Part shown: piece by piece, positions 15,839-23,385 of the stretch
Position numbering within the stretch: position 1 is the first letter of the stretch
Layout: the number at the start of each line of letters is the position of its first letter
Source: Pseudodesulfovibrio mercurii
GTDB taxonomy: Bacteria > Desulfobacterota > Desulfovibrionia > Desulfovibrionales > Desulfovibrionaceae
DNA length: 32,000 nt
NCBI RefSeq assembly: GCF_000189295.2
Contig: NC_016803.1
Location: 870,001-902,000, forward strand
Direction of reading: 5' to 3'
Program-made: the position numbers and the translations under genes
Notes under the pieces: generated by a model
Told to the model about the DNA's origin: nothing
The model's database searches: none
The model's input: only the letters and a program-made list of their open reading frames with translations

Positions 15839-16456
15839 ATGAACAACGAATCCGCCCCGGCCCGCTGGTTCCCTCCCGCCCTGGCCGCCGCCTTCCTGGT
15901 CTTCTGGGCGATCATGGCCGTGAACCCGGTCATGCGCGACGTGTGGTGGGCCGAGAACATCCCGATCATGGCCGTCTACCTGGTCCTGGTCGCGACCTAC
16001 CCGCTCTTCCGCTTCTCCAACCTGGCCTACGTGCTCATGGCCTGCTGGCTGGTCCTGCACACCATCGGCGGCCACTACACCTTCGCCAACGTGCCCTTCG
16101 GCTTCGTCACCGACCTGTTCGGCTTCGAGCGCAACCACTTCGACCGCGTCGGCCACTTTTCCATCGGCTTCTACGCCTTCCCCATCGCCGAACTGCTGAT
16201 CCGCAAAAACCTGGCCCGGCCCGTGGTCGCCTACCTCTTCGGCCTGTTCGCCATCATGGCCCTGGCCGCGGGCTACGAGATCATCGAATGGTGGTACGCC
16301 GTGACCGCGGGCGGCGAGGCGGGCATCGAATTCCTCGGCTCCCAGGGCGATATCTGGGACGCCCAGTCCGACATGCTCTGCGACACCCTCGGCGCCGTCA
16401 CCGCCCTGGTGCTGTTCTTCTTTTCGGGGATCAGGGCCGAGCGGCAGCTTACGTAA
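15839..16456 (+). CDS. DUF2238 / YjdF-like inner membrane protein
   Basis: Multi-pass membrane protein with HTIGGHYTFANVPFG, ERNHFDRVGHF and YEIIEWW motifs. The ATG lies 3 nt after the preceding stop. Confidence 0.6.
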   Translation: MNNESAPARWFPPALAAAFLVFWAIMAVNPVMRDVWWAENIPIMAVYLVLVATYPLFRFSNLAYVLMACWLVLHTIGGHYTFANVPFGFVTDLFGFERNHFDRVGHFSIGFYAFPIAELLIRKNLARPVVAYLFGLFAIMALAAGYEIIEWWYAVTAGGEAGIEFLGSQGDIWDAQSDMLCDTLGAVTALVLFFFSGIRAERQLT

Positions 16457-16580
16457 AAATCAGGGTTGGAAAGCCGCTTCGCGGCGGTGGACGGGTGATT
16501 TGATTCGCCCCGTCCTGGGGCTCACCCCTTCGGGGTCGCGCCTTATCAGGCGCGGTCCAAATCCGCTGTCCTGCGGATTT

Positions 16581-16650
16581 GTCGCCTCCGGCGGGCAAGG
16601 GTTCACCCCCTTGCATCCCTCTTTGGCGCCTTTGGCGCGGGTTTTTATGC
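16581..16650 (+). repeat. degenerate member of the structured repeat family, copy D
   Basis: Head GTCGCCTCCGGCGG; hairpin GCAAGGG-ttcacc-CCCTTGC; GC-rich tail ending GGTTTTT. A tail-like piece, AAGCCGCTTCGCGGCGGTGG, also occurs at about 16470-16490. Confidence 0.4.
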
Positions 16651-16659
16651 TGCGCAAGA

Positions 16660-16695
16660 GGAAAGGGCCGACGCACTGAGTACGCCGGCCCTTTC
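16660..16695. terminator. terminator hairpin downstream of aroC
   Basis: GGAAAGGGCCG...CGGCCCTTTCC, an 11-bp stem about 23 nt after the aroC stop, with moderately U-rich flanks on both strands. Confidence 0.55.
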
Positions 16696-16717
16696 CTTTC
16701 ATGATGTCTTTCCGGCG

Positions 16718-17782
16718 CTAGTCGCGCACGCCCAGTCGCCGGTCGAGGAGCAGCAGGTCCGCGATGGTCAGGGCCATCATGGCCTTGAGCACCGGGTTGA
16801 TGCGCGGGATGGCGCTGATGTCGTGGCGGCCGCCGACCATGATGAAGGTCGGCTCGCCCGTGGTGGTGATGGTCTGTTGTTCCTGGAGGATGGAGGCAAT
16901 GGGCTTGACGTAGGCCCGGGCCACCACGTCCTGGCCGGAGGAGATGCCGCCGAGGATGCCGCCCGCGTTGTTGGACAAAAATCCGTCCGGGGTGATGGGA
17001 TCGTTGTTCTCGCTGCCGAGTTTGCGCGCGGCCGCCATGCCCGAACCGATCTCCACGCCCTTGACCGCGCCCACGGACATGAACGCCGCGGCTATGCGCG
17101 CGTCGAACTTGCCGAAGACCGGCTCGCCGAGCCCGGCGGGCAGTCCAGTGGCCCGGACCTCGACCACGCCGCCCAGGGTGTCCTCGTCGTCGCGGACCGC
17201 GATGACCCGTTCGTTCCAGGTCTCGACGATGTCCGGGTCCGGGCTGAAATACGGCCGGTCCTGGGCCCCCTCGATGTCCCTGACCTCGGCCGGGATGCCG
17301 CCGAACTCCACGGTGTAGGCGTGAATCGAGATGCCCTCCAGGCGCAACAGCTCCTGGGCGATGGCCCCGCCCGCCACGCGGGACACGGTCTCGCGGCCGG
17401 ACGACCGCCCGCCGCCCCGGTAGTCGCGGAACCCGTATTTGGCGTGGTAGCTGAAGTCCGCGTGCCCCGGCCGGAACACGTCCTTGATCTTGGAGTAGTC
17501 GTGGGACCGCTGGTTGGTGTTCTCCACGAAAAAGCCGATGGGCGTGCCCGTGGTCCTGCCCTCGAACACGCCGGACAGGAGCCGGACCTGGTCCGGCTCG
17601 TTGCGGGTGGTCGAGGCCAGCCCGCCCTGGCCGGGCCTGCGCCGGTCCAGTTCGCGCTGGATGATGGACTCGTCCAGGGGGATGCCCGGAGGACAGCCGT
17701 CCACCACGCCCCCCAGGCCCGCGCCGTGGGATTCGCCGAAGGTGGTCAGCCGGAATATCTGCCCGAAGGTGTTGCCGCTCAT
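16718..17782 (-). CDS. aroC: chorismate synthase
   Basis: MSGNTFGQIFRLTTFGESHG..., RPGHADF and GGGRSSGRET motifs. 354 aa. Confidence 0.95.
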   Translation of the reverse strand: MSGNTFGQIFRLTTFGESHGAGLGGVVDGCPPGIPLDESIIQRELDRRRPGQGGLASTTRNEPDQVRLLSGVFEGRTTGTPIGFFVENTNQRSHDYSKIKDVFRPGHADFSYHAKYGFRDYRGGGRSSGRETVSRVAGGAIAQELLRLEGISIHAYTVEFGGIPAEVRDIEGAQDRPYFSPDPDIVETWNERVIAVRDDEDTLGGVVEVRATGLPAGLGEPVFGKFDARIAAAFMSVGAVKGVEIGSGMAAARKLGSENNDPITPDGFLSNNAGGILGGISSGQDVVARAYVKPIASILQEQQTITTTGEPTFIMVGGRHDISAIPRINPVLKAMMALTIADLLLLDRRLGVRD

Positions 17783-17791
17783 GATTGCTCC

Positions 17792-18451
17792 CTAAAATTT
17801 ATCGACCCGCATGATGTCCTCGGTGCGCCCGAGGAGGACCAGGACGTCCCCGGCCTTGAGTGCCCTGTCCGCCTGGGGCACGAAGTGGAACTCCGAATCC
17901 CCGGCCAGCCGGAAGGCGATGACCTGCACCTGGTACTTGTTGGTCAGGTCCAGATCGCGCAGGGTCTTGCCGATCCAGTTGTCCACGATGATCTCGCGCA
18001 CGGCCACGTCCTTGCCCAGGCCGAAATACTCCTGCAGCCCCGGCGCGGTCAGCCGGTTGGCCATCTGGGCGGCCACAAAGGCCTCGGGAAAGACCACGAA
18101 GGGCACGCCGAGCTTGTAGAGCACCCGCTCGTGGGCCTCGCTGATGGCCTTGACCCAGATGTTCTTGACCCCGGCAGCCTGGAGATTCAGGACCACCAGG
18201 ATGGACGCCTCCATGGAGTCGCCGGTGGAGACGATGACCCGGTCCAGATCCTTGATGCCGATCTGGCTGAGCATCTTCTCGTCCGTGGCGTCCGCTTCGT
18301 AGGCCTGGGCAATGATGTCCTGGGCCCGGCGCACGTACTCGGGGTTGATGTCCACCCCGACCACGGAATGGCCGAGGTCGGCCAGGGCCTTGGCCAGGGC
18401 GTAGCCGAACTTCCCCAGCCCGATGACGGCGATTTCCTTTTTTGCAGGCAT
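17792..18451 (-). CDS. trkA: TrkA/KtrA-type K+ uptake regulatory subunit (RCK domain)
   Basis: NAD fold IAVIGLGKFGYALAKAL. 219 aa. Its stop lies within the SD region of aroC. Confidence 0.9.
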   Translation of the reverse strand: MPAKKEIAVIGLGKFGYALAKALADLGHSVVGVDINPEYVRRAQDIIAQAYEADATDEKMLSQIGIKDLDRVIVSTGDSMEASILVVLNLQAAGVKNIWVKAISEAHERVLYKLGVPFVVFPEAFVAAQMANRLTAPGLQEYFGLGKDVAVREIIVDNWIGKTLRDLDLTNKYQVQVIAFRLAGDSEFHFVPQADRALKAGDVLVLLGRTEDIMRVDKF

Positions 18452-18469
18452 ACGATTCTCCTTGTCGAT

Positions 18470-19834
18470 CTAGCCGAAGGGCAGCGTGGCGGTCGGCACC
18501 TTGAAGCGCCGCTCGGTCTGCCAGCTCTGCAGGGCCGAAAGCATCCAGATGGGCCCGAGCCTGCCCACGAACATGAGCACGATGAGCGTGACCCGCTCGA
18601 AGTCGTCCAGGAGCGGGGTCATGCCCGTGGACAACCCCACGGTGGCGAAGGCGGAAATGGACTCGAACATGTCGGCGATGAACTCGCCGCGCGCCATGAG
18701 ATAGGAGCTGTCCCCGCTCTCCAGAGAGGTCAGGATCATGGTCCCCACGCCCACCAGCAGGAGGCTCATGGTCACCAGGGAGACGACCTTGTTCATGGCC
18801 TTCTGGTCCAGGGCGAAGCGCCCGATGCGCACCTGCTCCCACCCCCGAAACTCGGCCCAGATGAAGCCCACCAGGGCGCGGAAGGAGGTGGTCTTGATGC
18901 CGCCCGCGCAGGAACCCGGCGACCCGCCGATGAACATGAGGACCATCATGAAGGCCAGGGACACGTTGGTCATGCCGCCGATGTCCACGGTGTTGAACCC
19001 GGCCGTGCGGCAGGTCACGGACTGGAACAGGGCGTTCCAGAAGTGCTCGAGAAAATTGTCCGGCGCGTTGCCCGCGGCGCCCTCGGCCACGAAGATGACC
19101 ACGGTCCCGGCCACCACCAGGGCCAGGGAGGTCTTGAGCACGATGGCCGTGTGCCAGCTCATGCGCGGCCGTCCGCTCTTGCGGCCCCCGCGCTTGAACA
19201 GGGCGTTCCAGATCAGGATGCCGCACTCGTTGAGCACGTAGAAGCCTAGGCCTCCGGCGGTGATAAGCACGATGAAGACCGAGTTGACCCCGCCGTCCCC
19301 GGCCCAGCGGGTCAGGGAATCGGGATACAGGGAGAACCCGGCGTTGCAGAAGGCCGAAACCGAGTGGAAGACCGCCGAATACGGGCCGAAGCCCACCGGG
19401 TCCAGAAACCACAGGCAGAGCGCGCCCAGGGCCTCGAAGGAGAAGGCCCAGGCCACCACGCGCATGAGAAACCGGGGCAGGCTGAAGGACGGGTCGTGCA
19501 GCAGGGACTGGCCCACGGCCAGCCGGTCGGTCAGGGAGACGTGATGCCCGAGCAGGTGGATGATCAGGGTGGTGAAGGTCATGATCCCCAGGCCGCCGAG
19601 CTGGATGAGGACCAGGATGACGTCCAGCCCCAGGGTCGAGAAATAGGTGCCGGTGTCCACCACGGCCAGCCCGGTGACGCACATGGCCGAGGTGGCCGTG
19701 AACAGGGCGTCCACAAAGGACAGCGGGCCGCCGGGATGGCTCACGTCCAGGTGCAGAATGAGTGTGCCGATGAGGATGGCCCCGGCGAAGAACCAGACAG
19801 GCATCCAGTACGGCGAAAAGACTTTAGTGCGCAT
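18470..19834 (-). CDS. trkH: TrkH/KtrB family K+ transporter membrane subunit
   Basis: 454-aa polytopic protein with repeated pore-loop motifs (TATSAMCVTGL, AFCNAGFS, TCRTAGFN, ATVGLSTG). Confidence 0.9.
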   Translation of the reverse strand: MRTKVFSPYWMPVWFFAGAILIGTLILHLDVSHPGGPLSFVDALFTATSAMCVTGLAVVDTGTYFSTLGLDVILVLIQLGGLGIMTFTTLIIHLLGHHVSLTDRLAVGQSLLHDPSFSLPRFLMRVVAWAFSFEALGALCLWFLDPVGFGPYSAVFHSVSAFCNAGFSLYPDSLTRWAGDGGVNSVFIVLITAGGLGFYVLNECGILIWNALFKRGGRKSGRPRMSWHTAIVLKTSLALVVAGTVVIFVAEGAAGNAPDNFLEHFWNALFQSVTCRTAGFNTVDIGGMTNVSLAFMMVLMFIGGSPGSCAGGIKTTSFRALVGFIWAEFRGWEQVRIGRFALDQKAMNKVVSLVTMSLLLVGVGTMILTSLESGDSSYLMARGEFIADMFESISAFATVGLSTGMTPLLDDFERVTLIVLMFVGRLGPIWMLSALQSWQTERRFKVPTATLPFG

Positions 19835-19880
19835 GGTTCTCCACGCTTATATGCCTGACGGCCCAACCTGTCAAAAACGC

Positions 19881-20402
19881 TCAGAAAAGAGTTTGCACCG
19901 CCCGGTGGGCCGCTTCCACGGTCCCGGCCAGGTCGCTGCCCTCGATGATCCGGTGGGCGCATTGCTCGTACAGATGGGCCCTCGCCGCCAGGACCTCGCG
20001 GACCTCGTCGGCCACGGACTTGCCGGTCAGGGATGGGCGCTGCCCCTCGAGCGGATCGGCCGCAAGCCTCCGGGCCAGCTCCTCGGGCTCGGCCCGGAGG
20101 TAGAGGACGATGCCCTCGGCCAGCACGGCCCGGTTCTCCGCGCGCAGGACCATGCCCCCGCCGCAGCCGATGACCCGGCCGCCGGGCGCGGCCTCGCGGG
20201 CCAGGGTCGCGGCCTCCTCGTCGCGGAAGGCCTCCCAGCCGTTGGCCGCGACAAAGGCGGCGATATCCATGCCCACGGCCTCCACAAAGGCGTGGTCCGT
20301 GTCCACGAAGTCCATGCCCAGCCGCTCGGCCAGGGCCCGGCCCACGCTGGTCTTGCCGCAGGCGCGCGGCCCGATGAGAAAGATGTTCCTCGTCTTGTGC
20401 AT
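19881..20402 (-). CDS. aroK: shikimate kinase
   Basis: Trimmed to ATG 20402. NIFLIGPRACGKTSVGRALAERLGMDFVDTD. 173 aa. Confidence 0.85.
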   Translation of the reverse strand: MHKTRNIFLIGPRACGKTSVGRALAERLGMDFVDTDHAFVEAVGMDIAAFVAANGWEAFRDEEAATLAREAAPGGRVIGCGGGMVLRAENRAVLAEGIVLYLRAEPEELARRLAADPLEGQRPSLTGKSVADEVREVLAARAHLYEQCAHRIIEGSDLAGTVEAAHRAVQTLF

Positions 20403-20547
20403 GTCAGGCACCCTAAGGGAAAACCGGCCCGCCTTCAACGGTTTGCAGGCCGCCCCCGTCTTTGCATTCCCGCCGATTGCTGGTACCTTCCGCCGAGCCC
20501 CTTTTCGGGCCAACCGCCGAACACCCGCTTTCGCAAAGGAGAAAGAC

Positions 20548-21561
20548 ATGAAAACCGCCATCTTCGGCTTCTCCGGCTCCGGCAAGACCGATCTGTTCGC
20601 CGCCCTGGCGGGCCCCGAGGCGGCCGCCGCCGGCAACCGGGCCATGGTCAAGGTCCCGGACGCCCGGCTGGACCCGCTCATCGCCCTCTTCCACCCGAAA
20701 AAGGTGACCTACAGCGAGATCGAGTACCTGGACATCCCGGGCGGGGGCGGCAAGGGCGCGGGACTCGGCGAGCGCGTGCTCAACGAGGTGCGCCCCTACG
20801 ACAGCTTCATCGGCGTGCTCGACGGCTTCTCGGGCATGAACGATCCTGAGCGCCAGTGGCAGGCCATGGAGGCGGACATGATGGTCAGCGACATGGCGGT
20901 CATCGAGAAGCGGCTGGAAAAGCTGGCCGCGGACGGCAAGAAGAACAAGGCGTTGGTGGACCCCAAGGAGGAGGCCGCCCTGAAGCGGGCGCTCGCCCTG
21001 CTCGAGGAGGAGCGTCCCCTGCGCGCGGACCCGGAACTGGCCGCCCTGCCCGAGCTGCGGGGGTTCAAGTTCCTGTCCGCCCGGCCCATCCTCTACGTCT
21101 GGAACTGCGCCGAGGGCGAGGAGGCGGACCGAGCCCTGCCCGAGGACGCGCCGGGCATGGCCCACATGGCCGTGGCCGCCAAGCTCGAACGCGAGCTGGC
21201 CGAGATCGAGGACCCCGAGGAAAAGGCCGAATTCCTGAGCGACCTGGGCATCACCGAATCCGCGCTGGACAAGGTCATCAACAAGACCTACCGCCTCCTC
21301 GGGCTCATCTCCTTCCTCACGGCGGGCGAGGACGAGTGCCGCACCTGGCCCCTGCGCGCGGGCTCCACCGCGCCCCAGGCCGCGGGCGTGATCCACACGG
21401 ACTTCGAAAAGGGGTTCATCCGCGCCGAGGTCATCGGCTTCGACGACTTCCTGGCCTACGGCGACTTCAAGAAGGTCAAGGAAGCGGGCAAGGCGCGCCT
21501 GGAGGGCAAGGAATACATCGTCCAGGACGGCGACATCATAGAATTTCGATTTAACGTGTAG
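20548..21561 (+). CDS. ychF: YchF-like P-loop ATPase/GTPase (DUF933 C-terminal domain)
   Basis: Trimmed to ATG 20548 with an AAAGGAGAAAG SD. P-loop GFSGSGKT, G3-like LDIPGG, coiled-coil insert. C-terminal IHTDFEKGFIRAEV...GKEYIVQDGDIIEFRFNV is characteristic of YchF. At 337 aa it is shorter than canonical YchF, and its P-loop deviates. Confidence 0.75.
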   Translation: MKTAIFGFSGSGKTDLFAALAGPEAAAAGNRAMVKVPDARLDPLIALFHPKKVTYSEIEYLDIPGGGGKGAGLGERVLNEVRPYDSFIGVLDGFSGMNDPERQWQAMEADMMVSDMAVIEKRLEKLAADGKKNKALVDPKEEAALKRALALLEEERPLRADPELAALPELRGFKFLSARPILYVWNCAEGEEADRALPEDAPGMAHMAVAAKLERELAEIEDPEEKAEFLSDLGITESALDKVINKTYRLLGLISFLTAGEDECRTWPLRAGSTAPQAAGVIHTDFEKGFIRAEVIGFDDFLAYGDFKKVKEAGKARLEGKEYIVQDGDIIEFRFNV

Positions 21562-21588
21562 CGGCTTCCGATAGCGGGCCATCCGCAC
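21561..21588 (-). repeat. 28-bp motif, right copy (inverted)
   Basis: GCGGCTTCCGATAGCGGGCCATCCGCAC is the exact reverse complement of 14108-14135. It starts at the last base of the ychF-like stop codon. Confidence 0.85.
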
Positions 21589-21599
21589 GCGGAAGGCGG

Positions 21600-21695
21600 A
21601 AGGCCTCCGGCGGCCAGAGGGGAACCTTTTGAAAAAGTTTCCCCTCTGAACTCTCCTTCCAAACTTTTTATCGCCGCTTCGCGGGTGGCGTGCGG
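21600..21695 (+). repeat. intergenic structured repeat, copy C
   Basis: Head AGGCCTCCGGCGGCC; hairpin AGAGGGGAACCTTTT-GA-AAAAGTTTCCCCTCT; tail CTCCTTCCAAACTTTTTATCGCCGCTTCGCGG. Confidence 0.8.
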
Positions 21696-21755
21696 ACGCG
21701 GTTTACCGTGCAGATATCCGCTCATATTTCAGAGTGGTCGCCCCCCCCCGACGCG

Positions 21756-21799
21756 TTGCGAATATGCTTGCCATTTTAGATAATGGTTACTATTATCTA
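21756..21799 (+). promoter_or_regulatory. ferredoxin promoter overlapped by a Fur-box-like palindrome
   Basis: Perfect inverted repeat TAGATAAT-ggttact-ATTATCTA (21777-21799). Two overlapping promoter readings are possible: TTGCGA-17 nt-GATAAT and TTGCCA-17 nt-TATTAT. The core GATAATGGTTACTATTATC matches 15 of 19 positions of the classical Fur box GATAATGATAATCATTATC. Confidence 0.5.
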
Positions 21800-21802
21800 A
21801 CC

Positions 21803-22018
21803 ATGAGCAACACCAATACCTGTACCAAGCTTCGTGAAGTGGCCATCGAGTTGGGGGACTGCCGCTCCTGCCAGGGGTGCATCGACCTCAACCCGGACGT
21901 GTTTCAATGGGACGAGGCCCTGGATATGCCCTATGTGAGCAGATCCGAGGTCACCGAGGACGAGGTGCGCGACATCATGAATGCCTGCCCCGAAGGGTGC
22001 ATCGTGTTCGTGGATTGA
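21803..22018 (+). CDS. small single-cluster ferredoxin (Desulfovibrio gigas ferredoxin type), 71 aa
   Basis: CRSCQGCIDLNPDVF ... NACPEGCI gives CxxCxxC...CP cluster ligands with the PDVF motif. The start is ambiguous (ATG 21803 preferred; ATG 21764 and GTG 21734 are in frame). No clear SD, so the mRNA may be leaderless. Confidence 0.7.
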   Translation: MSNTNTCTKLREVAIELGDCRSCQGCIDLNPDVFQWDEALDMPYVSRSEVTEDEVRDIMNACPEGCIVFVD

Positions 22019-22044
22019 TCCCCTTCAACCTTCTCTTTGAAAAA

Positions 22045-22074
22045 GAGAAAGCCGGGCCTAGGCCCGGCTTTCTC
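22045..22074. terminator. shared terminator of the convergent ferredoxin and membrane-protein genes
   Basis: 13-bp stem GAGAAAGCCGGGC/GCCCGGCTTTCTC. The upstream TTTGAAAAA supplies a U-tract to the minus-strand transcript. Confidence 0.7.
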
Positions 22075-22713
22075 GCGTCTGGTCCAGGGCGTCCCGCCAG
22101 CGCGGTTGCAGGCGCAGGGTGACAGCCTCGGGGTCCGGGCAATGTTTCAGGCTGTATTTATAGTGGTTCTTGAACATCTGGAAGCGGAAGACCAGCCGAT
22201 GCAGCGGGCTGTAGAAGGTCACCTTGCCGGGATCGGCCAGTTCCACGGACACATACCGCCGGGTCCGGGAGATGGGCGGCCGGAAACGGGCGTGGGCCCG
22301 TATGGAAGGATGTTGCCGGGAAGCACGTTCCGGCCGGGGCCGATGTACGCGGTCGAGGCGGGTTCGATGGCCTTGATGTTCTCCCACGGGGTGCTGAAGC
22401 GGACCAGGCAGAACAACCGGACGCCATCAAGACTCGTCTCGATCTGCGGGATTGGAGAAAGGCCGGTGTAGAACAGCCAGCCGCCGTGGGCGATCCAATA
22501 GACGCCCATGAACACGGCCAGCCAGTAGAAGAACGGCAACTTGACCGGGTACCAGCCCACGTTCTGCCGGTTCAGGAGCATGGACCACAGGATGAACAGC
22601 TCGAGGGCGCATTCCAGTACCAGGAAGACCCGCTTGGCCACGGACAGGGAGCGTCCGACGACGATTTCCCCGCTTGCGGCGGCAACGCCCACCTTCTCTC
22701 CCGATTTGCGCAC
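22058..22713 (-). pseudogene. membrane protein (2 TM plus PH-like soluble domain) split over two reading frames; frameshift or sequencing error
   Basis: Frame A (22219..22713) gives two TM helices and DGVRLFCLVRFSTPWENIKAIEP, then decays into a P/G-rich tail. The -1 frame (22058..about 22300) continues protein-like with high GC3, RYVSVELADPGKVTFYSPLHRLVFRFQMFKNHYKYSLKHC, and stops inside the terminator loop. Confidence 0.45.
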
Positions 22714-22719
22714 GGCGCC

Positions 22720-23295
22720 CTACTTCTTCAGCGGAAAGGTCGGCATGGGCGGCAGCGTGCACTCGCAGTGATCGCCACAGACGAAGCCGCAGTATGTGTG
22801 GAAGACGCGGGTCTGCTTTTCGCGCTGTTCGGCGGTCAGAGGTTTGACCTCGGCCGCGGCGACCATCTTTTCGAGACGGTCGAAATCGGGCACGGCGTTC
22901 ATGCCGCGCGCCACCTCGTCACCGCTGCGCACGTCGAGCAGGGTGGCGTCCATGGTGTCGGTGACCAGGGCATACGGCACCGGGCCGCCGTCGATGAGCC
23001 GGGCCGCGCAGACCGTCTCGCGCTCGAAGGTGCTCACGTCGCCCGCGCAGAACATGACCAGGAACACGGGCACGCCCTGCCCGTCGTAGAGCACGAAGTC
23101 GATGATCCGCTCGAACTCCTCGCCTTCCACGCAGTACTTGAGCGGGACCTTGGCCTTGAGCCGGTCCTTGGGGTAGCCCTTCTCCTCCACCAGGAGGCGG
23201 GCCAGGAGCTGGCGAAATTCCTCGAAGGTGGTCTCGTCGATCTCCTCGCCGGAAAGATAGTCGCGGAGCGTGCCGCCCAGACTCGATTCGTGCAT
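22720..23295 (-). CDS. HsdR-N-terminal-domain-like (PD-(D/E)xK fold) protein with Cys-rich C-terminus
   Basis: The pattern EEFRQLLARLLVEEKGYPKDRL ... IIDFVLYD ... PVFLVMFCAG ... YALVTDT follows the HSDR_N-type layout, but MFC occupies the position of the ExK catalytic residues. The tail is HTYCGFVCGDHCEC. SD GGGAGGG. Confidence 0.5.
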   Translation of the reverse strand: MHESSLGGTLRDYLSGEEIDETTFEEFRQLLARLLVEEKGYPKDRLKAKVPLKYCVEGEEFERIIDFVLYDGQGVPVFLVMFCAGDVSTFERETVCAARLIDGGPVPYALVTDTMDATLLDVRSGDEVARGMNAVPDFDRLEKMVAAAEVKPLTAEQREKQTRVFHTYCGFVCGDHCECTLPPMPTFPLKK

Positions 23296-23320
23296 GGAAT
23301 CCCTCCCTTTCCTCCAACAT

Positions 23321-23373
23321 AAATCCCCTTCCGGCCCGGCGCAACCCGGCGGGCGCGCCGGGCCGGGGGATTT
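23321..23373 (-). terminator. long GC hairpin between the flavodoxin-like and HsdR-N-like genes
   Basis: Outer AAATCCCC/GGGGATTT and inner GGCCCGGCGC/GCGCCGGGCC stems, followed on the minus strand by AUGUU. It may attenuate or stabilise rather than fully terminate. Confidence 0.4.
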
Positions 23374-23385
23374 CCCGTCACGGGG

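Noticed and set aside
16823-19682. 808-aa plus-strand ORF and 627-aa minus-strand ORF over aroC/trkA/trkH
   Set aside because: They are low-complexity G/R/H/D/P-rich artefacts. The selected frames show chorismate synthase, RCK and TrkH pore-loop motifs.
14108-21588. Interpretation of the 28-bp inverted pair as the ends of a transposon
   Set aside because: There is no transposase, integrase or recombinase inside. I saw no flanking target-site duplication (left flank GGAAAAAT, right flank GCGGAAGG). The cargo is housekeeping (aroC, aroK, trk, ychF-like). The pair is kept only as an unexplained repeat pair in the findings.
7073-21695. Possibility that the recurring structured repeats form a CRISPR array
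   Set aside because: The copies are kilobases apart, in mixed orientation, of variable sequence, and separated by genes. There is no regular repeat-spacer periodicity.
22216-22260. Independent GTG-initiated ~63-aa gene (MSVELADPGKV...) instead of a frameshifted continuation
   Set aside because: There is no SD before the GTG, and the upstream frame-A protein loses protein-like character exactly where this frame gains it. A single frameshifted gene is the simpler reading, though this is not proven.
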